Both the position numbers and the translations under genes were made by a program. The notes below the pieces were generated by a model. That model saw only the letters and a program-made list of their open reading frames with translations, did no database searches and was not told the DNA's origin. From NCBI GenBank assembly GCA_035084275.1, contig CM068746.1, positions 3,410,001 to 3,474,000 of the forward strand: a DNA stretch of 64,000 nucleotides. The letters are read 5' to 3'. The stretch is from Hydrolagus colliei (Eukaryota). This document shows, piece after piece, positions 63,819 to 64,000 of this stretch (position 1 is its first letter; each line of letters begins with the position of its first letter).

Positions 63819-64000
63819 TTTTCATCCCCTCGGAAAATGAGATGGCAAACCGTGAAAGCAGTCTATCCCAACACAGACTGGAGGCAGACATTCTTCTGTA
63901 GCCAGTTTGGCCTACAGATCTTGTAGACGCAGACAATGCTGCCAAAATGTAGAAATAATTTGCACTGGAAACAATCTGAATCTACCTTCAATCAGAGGAA

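Noticed and set aside
40618-64000. Next CELSR1 exon (DG.HSVTA.C.LRV..)
   Set aside because: No such translation seen in the ORF track or by eye; it presumably lies beyond the window.

Overview
Eukaryotic, vertebrate genomic DNA. The repeat content (tRNA-headed DeuSINE-type elements with L2 tails, young-looking L2 and CR1 fragments) suggests a cartilaginous fish, possibly a chimaera; this is inference. The window holds the 5' end of CELSR1 on the + strand. Coding exon A (31723-32956) encodes the signal peptide, prodomain, furin site and most of EC1. Coding exon B (38089-40617) encodes the rest of EC1 through most of EC9 and is followed by an intron of more than 23 kb. A probable first coding exon of GRAMD4 (2368-2402, - strand) lies head-to-head with CELSR1 in a CpG-rich region. 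The rest is intergenic or intronic: about 30 copies or fragments of one young SINE family, older DeuSINE copies, L2 and CR1 fragments, Tigger-like MITEs, three hAT copies with 8-bp TSDs, minisatellites and two assembly gaps. Four points stand out. (1) A 5.1-kb phase-1 intron with an uncommon AAG acceptor splits what is one giant exon in mammalian CELSR genes. (2) This creates a symmetric 2529-nt cadherin cassette exon that could be skipped in frame or circularised into a stop-free ORF. (3) One hAT element is inserted antiparallel inside a copy of its own family. (4) The young SINE looks like a composite of tRNA head, CORE-like segment, Deu segment and L2 tail, with longer ancestral forms present in the window. 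No prokaryote-type systems (CRISPR etc.) are present.
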